Positions 25,964 to 30,638 of a DNA stretch of 30,638 nucleotides are shown piece after piece. A model generated the notes under the pieces. That model was not told where the DNA came from and ran no database searches. It saw nothing but the letters and a program-made list of their open reading frames with translations. The position numbers and the translations under genes are program-made. This stretch comes from an uncultured Deferribacteraceae bacterium (GTDB lineage: Bacteria > Chrysiogenota > Deferribacteres > Deferribacterales > Mucispirillaceae). Each line of letters opens with the position of its first letter. Position 1 is the first letter of the stretch. The stretch spans positions 9,094 through 39,731 of the forward strand of contig CAYJDR010000021.1 of the NCBI GenBank assembly GCA_964368965.1, given 5' to 3'.

Positions 25964-26950
25964 TCAAACTTTAAATGAAGCGACAAGTGCCTTTAAGTTT
26001 TCAGTACGCATTTGTAGGTGCGATACAGTTTGAGCAACTTGGCTAACAGCGATATTGCTTTCCTCAATACCCGTAACGATTGTTTGAGTACTGCTTGAAA
26101 CAGTTTGTATAATATTGAACTGCTCTGTATTCTTTTCAGACAATAGCTCAGTATCTTGATAGATTGACTGCACTGTTGCAACAACTTCTTCAAATCCAGC
26201 AGCAGTTTGCCCGATACTATCTACACCCTCATTAATATATTCGCCAGATTTTAGCATCTCATTTGATGCTGCTTCAGAATCTGTTTGTAATGTAGATATA
26301 ATGTTTTCAATTTCACTTGTTGCTTTTTGCGTACGCTCTGCCAGTTTGCGCACCTCATCTGCAACCACTGCAAACCCTCTGCCAGCCTCACCAGCACGAG
26401 CAGCTTCGATAGCGGCGTTTAATGCAAGCAAGTTTGTTTGGTCTGCTATATCATTAATAACTGTTAAAATATCGCCGATATGTTCAGAGCTTTTCGACAC
26501 CCTTGATATCGTTTGTGATAACGATGTAGATTGCTCACTAATTTTAACAACATTACCTTGCACCGCAATAAGTTGTGCTTGGCCTTCGCTTGTGGAAGTT
26601 GTTGTTTCATTTAATATATCTAAGTTGTTACAGAAAGCTGTTTTTGACTCTTCAGCGCTTTCACTAATTATAGACATGCTTGTCATAATCTCGCCAACTT
26701 GGTGCGTTTGGTCATCAAATGTAACAGCTAGCTCTTCCATTGTTGCAGCTAATTCATTGTTGCTTGTTGCAACTTCTTCTGCAGCGGCTTTAACTTCAAT
26801 AATGATGTTTTGAACATTTGCCACAAATGCATTAAAGTATCTTGCAAGTTCTTCTAACTCGTCATGGCTAGTAGTTGTAATGCGCCTTGTTAAGTCGCCA
26901 TCGCCCTCTGTAAAATCTTTAGTTGTGCTGATAAAGTTTCTAAGTGGTTG
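25964..26950 (-). repeat. conserved HAMP plus signalling-domain module of MCP paralog 3 (copy 3 of 3)
   Basis: It shares the same conserved nucleotide stretches and is closest to copy 2. Confidence 0.7.
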
Positions 26951-27979
26951 CACAATCGCCCTACGCACAACAAACATACTCACGATACCTACTAAAAGTG
27001 TCGATAGCACAAGTATAAATGATGTAAGTGTAGTGAACTGTAGCCTTGATGAAGTGGCTTCTGAATATGTTGCAACTCTATTATTCATCGCTGCTGAAAT
27101 TTTATCTAGTTCTGCTTTCATTTTGTAGTAGATATCTCTATTTTCAGCTTTTATATCATTATATGATGCCATGATTTTATCTAACTCTGTTGCTGTTGAT
27201 ATAAGGTTTTTACTTGCTTCATCTGCTGCTTTTATAAACACTTGAACATCACTACGCTTAACTTGAACCTTCAAATTATTTACAGCTTCTGTTACAAGTG
27301 CAATAGATTTCACAACTTCGTCCATGTCATATTTGCTGAGGTTTTTTGCATCAAAAAACTGCTTTGTAACCATAGCAACTGCCGACTTTAACTCCTCGCT
27401 GAGTTGAAGTGCATTTATAGTGTTTGACATTGCTGTAACATCGCCAGAATCTGCGATAATGTCTGCCCTCTTGGTAGATTCACTATGTATGGTGCTTGCG
27501 CTTGTATCCATAATATTCAACTTTTCAATAAACTCGCTCTCCAGTGTCAACATGTCATCAATTATTGTAAATAAGTCATCATGTGTTCCGATATATAAGC
27601 CTGCCTGCGTATATGCCGCTTCCATTGTTGATGATAATTCATTAATTAGGTCGTTACTGTCACGGTGCTCGGCTAATAACTCTTGAAGCACAACTAAATC
27701 ATCTTTTGAACTTTGTTGGAATGTTGCCGCACCACTTTTACGGGTTGGGTCAGCTGTGATAAGGTAGTTAACCAAGTTGATGTTGGTCAACAATAGTGAA
27801 GTATTAAGAGCAACTTCTGCATTTACAAATGGCACGTACACATCATTTGATGCGGTTGCCTCACGTGATGACACTGTTGATAATGAGTAATTAATAACCC
27901 CTTGCACAACACCTATCATCAGTAGCACGACAGTGATAATTGCAACCTTTTTAGCAATTGTAAGTCTGAATATGTTCAT
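25964..27979 (-). CDS. methyl-accepting chemotaxis protein, paralog 3
   Basis: It has the same architecture as the other two paralogs and a GGAGGA ribosome-binding site. Its N-terminal sensor domain diverges from paralogs 1 and 2, while the C-terminal signalling module is near-identical. Confidence 0.9.
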   Translation of the reverse strand: MNIFRLTIAKKVAIITVVLLMIGVVQGVINYSLSTVSSREATASNDVYVPFVNAEVALNTSLLLTNINLVNYLITADPTRKSGAATFQQSSKDDLVVLQELLAEHRDSNDLINELSSTMEAAYTQAGLYIGTHDDLFTIIDDMLTLESEFIEKLNIMDTSASTIHSESTKRADIIADSGDVTAMSNTINALQLSEELKSAVAMVTKQFFDAKNLSKYDMDEVVKSIALVTEAVNNLKVQVKRSDVQVFIKAADEASKNLISTATELDKIMASYNDIKAENRDIYYKMKAELDKISAAMNNRVATYSEATSSRLQFTTLTSFILVLSTLLVGIVSMFVVRRAIVQPLRNFISTTKDFTEGDGDLTRRITTTSHDELEELARYFNAFVANVQNIIIEVKAAAEEVATSNNELAATMEELAVTFDDQTHQVGEIMTSMSIISESAEESKTAFCNNLDILNETTTSTSEGQAQLIAVQGNVVKISEQSTSLSQTISRVSKSSEHIGDILTVINDIADQTNLLALNAAIEAARAGEAGRGFAVVADEVRKLAERTQKATSEIENIISTLQTDSEAASNEMLKSGEYINEGVDSIGQTAAGFEEVVATVQSIYQDTELLSEKNTEQFNIIQTVSSSTQTIVTGIEESNIAVSQVAQTVSHLQMRTENLKALVASFKV

Positions 27980-28067
27980 AAGTTCCTCCGCTCACTTGGC
28001 AGCTATTACCTTAATCGATAAAACAACATACCATAGACATTTTGCTGGCACTCACAAACATATGCAT

Positions 28068-28108
28068 AAAAAAAAGTGCCAACAGTATTAATATTGGCAC
28101 TTTTATTC
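28068..28108. terminator. bidirectional rho-independent terminator downstream of the lysA-like gene
   Basis: The sequence is A8, GTGCCAA, a 12-nt loop, TTGGCAC, then TTTTATT. Confidence 0.55.
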
Positions 28109-28129
28109 AAATATTCAAGTGTTTATTCG

Positions 28130-29371
28130 TTAAAATTTTAATGTAGCGAACAAGTCTTGCAACGTTTCTGCCCTTCTTATCATTTCCAGAGTGCCATCAG
28201 TTTTATATAAGAACTCGGCAGAACGTAATTTACCATTATAGTTAAAGCCCATAGCGTGACCGTGTGCACCAGTATCGTGTAATACGATAATATCGCCCAT
28301 GTCAATCTTTGGAAGCATTCTATCTACTGCGAATTTGTCGTTGTTTTCACATAATGAGCCAACGATATCATACTTAACATTAGCTTCAGCGCCTTCTTTG
28401 CCAACAACTGTAATATGGTGATATGCACCGTATAATGCTGGGCGCATTAAGTTCGCCATGCAAGCATCTAAACCTATGTAATTTTTATAAGTTTGTTTGT
28501 AATGGATAGCTTTTGTAACTAAGTAGCCATAAGGTCCAGTAATTGCGCGCCCAAGTTCAAAAAATACTTTCGGCTTGTGGTTAGATGATGCAAAAGCACT
28601 ATCATACACTGTTTTTACCTTCTCAGATAGAACAGCCCACTCAATTTTATCTTGTTCTGGACGGTATGGTATACCAACGCCACCACCTAAGTTAATGAAC
28701 TCCATCTCGATATTTAGTTCACTAGAAATTTCACTTGCTAGTTCAAATAGTATTTTTGCAGTCTCTGCGAAGTAGTCTGGGTTGAGCTCGTTAGACGCAA
28801 CCATAGTGTGCATGCCAAAGCGTTTAACGCCTTTTTGCATAACGATTTTATAAGCTTCTTTAATTTGTTCCGTAGTTAAGCCATATTTTGCTTCTTCAGG
28901 TGTTCCGATGATGTCATTGCCACCTTTTAATGGCCCTGGGTTATACCTAAAGCAAACAAGCTCAGGTAGTGCGCCAACGTTTTTTTCGTAGTATTCGATA
29001 TGTGTAATATCGTCAAAGTTCATGATAGCGCCAAGTTCAGCAGCTTTTTTAAACTCGTTTGCTGGTGTTTCGTTAGATGTGAACATAATCATCTCGCCGC
29101 GAATTCCAGCTTGCTCTGCTAAATATAACTCTGCAATAGAGCTACAATCTGCGCCAAAGCCTTGCTCTGCTAGCACTCTCATGATGCTAGGGTTAGGAAG
29201 CGCTTTAACTGCGAAATACTCTCTGAAACCGTCTGCCCATGAAAAAGCCGACAAGAACTCTTTCGCGTTAGCAACTATAGCTGCCTCATCGTAGATGTGG
29301 AATGGTGTAGGATATTTTGCAACAGCGTCTTCTAAAAACTGTTTATCAAATGGTAACTTCTTTTCAATCAT
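28130..29371 (-). CDS. lysA: diaminopimelate decarboxylase-like fold-III PLP-dependent decarboxylase
   Basis: Characteristic motifs are YPTPFHIYDE, AVKALPNPSIMRVLAEQGFGADCSS, FELGRAITGPYGY and GSLCENND…DTGAHGHAMGFNYNG. The ORF-track start at 29386 is a TTG embedded in a GAGGG ribosome-binding site, so the ATG at 29371 is the likelier start. Confidence 0.75.
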   Translation of the reverse strand: MIEKKLPFDKQFLEDAVAKYPTPFHIYDEAAIVANAKEFLSAFSWADGFREYFAVKALPNPSIMRVLAEQGFGADCSSIAELYLAEQAGIRGEMIMFTSNETPANEFKKAAELGAIMNFDDITHIEYYEKNVGALPELVCFRYNPGPLKGGNDIIGTPEEAKYGLTTEQIKEAYKIVMQKGVKRFGMHTMVASNELNPDYFAETAKILFELASEISSELNIEMEFINLGGGVGIPYRPEQDKIEWAVLSEKVKTVYDSAFASSNHKPKVFFELGRAITGPYGYLVTKAIHYKQTYKNYIGLDACMANLMRPALYGAYHHITVVGKEGAEANVKYDIVGSLCENNDKFAVDRMLPKIDMGDIIVLHDTGAHGHAMGFNYNGKLRSAEFLYKTDGTLEMIRRAETLQDLFATLKF

Positions 29372-29455
29372 TACAACTGCCCTCAATTTAATTTATCACG
29401 CATAATAATGTATGATAATAATAATTGCAAGCATGTTTATGCTCACACGTTAAAA

Positions 29456-30538
29456 TTATCTTACTTTTTCACGTTGGTATACAATATAAACACTTAAGAA
29501 ACTAAACACTATAATCGGTAAAAAGTTTGCAAGAAACGGCGTAAGTGTGCCTGTTTGCCCAAGTGAAAGCGTAACCGACTGCAACACCCAATAAACAACA
29601 CCTAGCACAAGCATCATCGACGCATTCTTCACTAGCGAATAGTTACGAGAAAAATTCACAGCTATCGGGAATGTGCACATCAGCAACACTATTACAGATA
29701 TCGCGTTTGCAAACTTTTGGAAAAACAACATATCATATTTGCTGACATTGAGCCCTCTTGTCTCCATAATGCTAGATATTGCACTAAGTTGTGCAGGAGA
29801 TAGTGAGCGTATATCTGTGATTGCTACACGCACAAGGTCGTCCCATAGTGCATTTTGTATATATTCGCTCTCAATATGTGTTACAACAGGTGGGTTTACA
29901 GTAACCTCTGCAACTTGTTTGTTAGTTATCAACCACTTGTCGCCCTCACGTTTTGCATGGTCGATAGATGTGATTGTAGAAACAGTGCTATTATCATCAA
30001 GGAAATATTCTGTAATGCCGATAACCTCAGCGCTAAACATATCTACGACTTTAATATTTACAATGCCTGTATCGTTATCAATAAGCCAAAGGTTGTCGTA
30101 TTGGGAATATTTCACGTATGGCTCTTTCTTTATTTCAGCGAGCATTTGTTCACGGCCGATACGTGCTTCTGGGATTATCTTGTATTCCCACCATAACATA
30201 AACACAGCAACCGATGCCCCAGCAATTAGAAACGGCACCATGAGTGACCGCAACTTGCCACCAAGCGTAACATATGCTAACATTTCGTTACTGCGCATCA
30301 ATAATAATATGACAATGATAGTCGTAACTGATGATGATATTGGCATAGCAAGGTTATGGCTAAGCGCAACCGAATAAGCTTGAAGCTCTAGGAACTGAAA
30401 TATTGTGTATGAATGTTCGCGCAACCCTTTAGAGTCACCCAGTACAGACGTAATCATTGACATTAGCGATACAAATAAATCAACTAATATCAGATACTTA
30501 ACAAACATTTTCAAGATATATATATGAAACTTATGCAT
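29456..30538 (-). CDS. LPS export ABC transporter permease, LptF/LptG (YjgP/YjgQ) family
   Basis: The 360-aa ORF has an N-terminal 3-TM block, a periplasmic beta-jellyroll region and a C-terminal 3-TM block. The partner permease is presumably beyond the window edge. Confidence 0.8.
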   Translation of the reverse strand: MHKFHIYILKMFVKYLILVDLFVSLMSMITSVLGDSKGLREHSYTIFQFLELQAYSVALSHNLAMPISSSVTTIIVILLLMRSNEMLAYVTLGGKLRSLMVPFLIAGASVAVFMLWWEYKIIPEARIGREQMLAEIKKEPYVKYSQYDNLWLIDNDTGIVNIKVVDMFSAEVIGITEYFLDDNSTVSTITSIDHAKREGDKWLITNKQVAEVTVNPPVVTHIESEYIQNALWDDLVRVAITDIRSLSPAQLSAISSIMETRGLNVSKYDMLFFQKFANAISVIVLLMCTFPIAVNFSRNYSLVKNASMMLVLGVVYWVLQSVTLSLGQTGTLTPFLANFLPIIVFSFLSVYIVYQREKVR

Positions 30539-30638
30539 TTACTTTCCTTCATTTATCCACCATACAGCTATAGACAATCAAAAACTTTTGCTATACAATA
30601 TGGATATTACTAAACACTATAACAAATTAATATTATAG

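Noticed and set aside
24032-26813. Long plus-strand ORFs antisense to the MCP genes (24032..24631, 26301..26813 and 21960..22235), which are conserved between the copies
   Set aside because: They are conserved only because the sense-strand signalling module is conserved. Their composition (Ser/Ala/Thr-rich) is the reverse-complement image of the Ala/Glu/Val/Thr-rich MCP domain, and they have no ribosome-binding site.
29673-30377. A 234-aa plus-strand ORF antisense to the LptF/G permease
   Set aside because: It is fully nested in a well-supported membrane-protein gene, has no ribosome-binding site and has no recognisable domain.
30553-30561. A DnaA-box-like 9-mer TTATCCACC upstream of the LptF/G gene, with the rpmH neighbourhood considered as a possible oriC
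   Set aside because: It is a single near-consensus box with no cluster and no adjacent AT-rich unwinding element. Upstream of rpmH lies the 818-aa gene rather than dnaA, so there is no evidence for an origin in this window.

Overview
This 30.6-kb window is chromosomal, about 40% GC with strong GGAGG-type ribosome-binding sites. It comes from a diderm (Gram-negative-type) bacterium, as shown by a long YidC, an LptF/LptG permease, Tat export and RuvC. It uses the standard genetic code, since TGA terminates ruvC. I did not try to place it taxonomically beyond that.

Nearly everything is on the minus strand. Reading from right to left it holds:
- an LptF/G permease and a lysA-like decarboxylase;
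- three tandem methyl-accepting chemotaxis protein (MCP) paralogs, each with its own terminator;
- a cytoplasmic hybrid histidine kinase, the only long plus-strand gene besides yicC and the Crp gene;
- a Sel1-repeat protein plus a membrane metallophosphoesterase operon;
- a YicC-family gene split by a single in-frame TGA;
- an SPFH protein coupled to coaBC;
- a tightly packed operon yebC-ruvC-ruvA-ruvB-radA-fabI ending in an 818-aa hypothetical gene;
- the conserved rpmH-rnpA-yidD-yidC-jag cluster, followed by a small YHS-domain membrane protein;
- a Crp-family regulator, divergent from a Tat-exported flavoprotein with a co-transcribed c-type cytochrome that runs off the left edge.

I found no transposase, integrase, CRISPR array, tRNA or rRNA.

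The most unusual element is the 818-aa acidic cytosolic protein at 6286..8742. It combines repeated roughly 90-aa modules, a His/Cys/Asp-rich metal-binding-like tract, and a C-terminal DUF1963 (YwqG-like) domain, and it is translationally embedded in the DNA-repair operon. The other main observations are the yicC in-frame TGA, concerted evolution of the MCP triplet, an unassigned periplasmic flavocytochrome module, and rpmH, which the ORF track missed and which overlaps rnpA and yidD.
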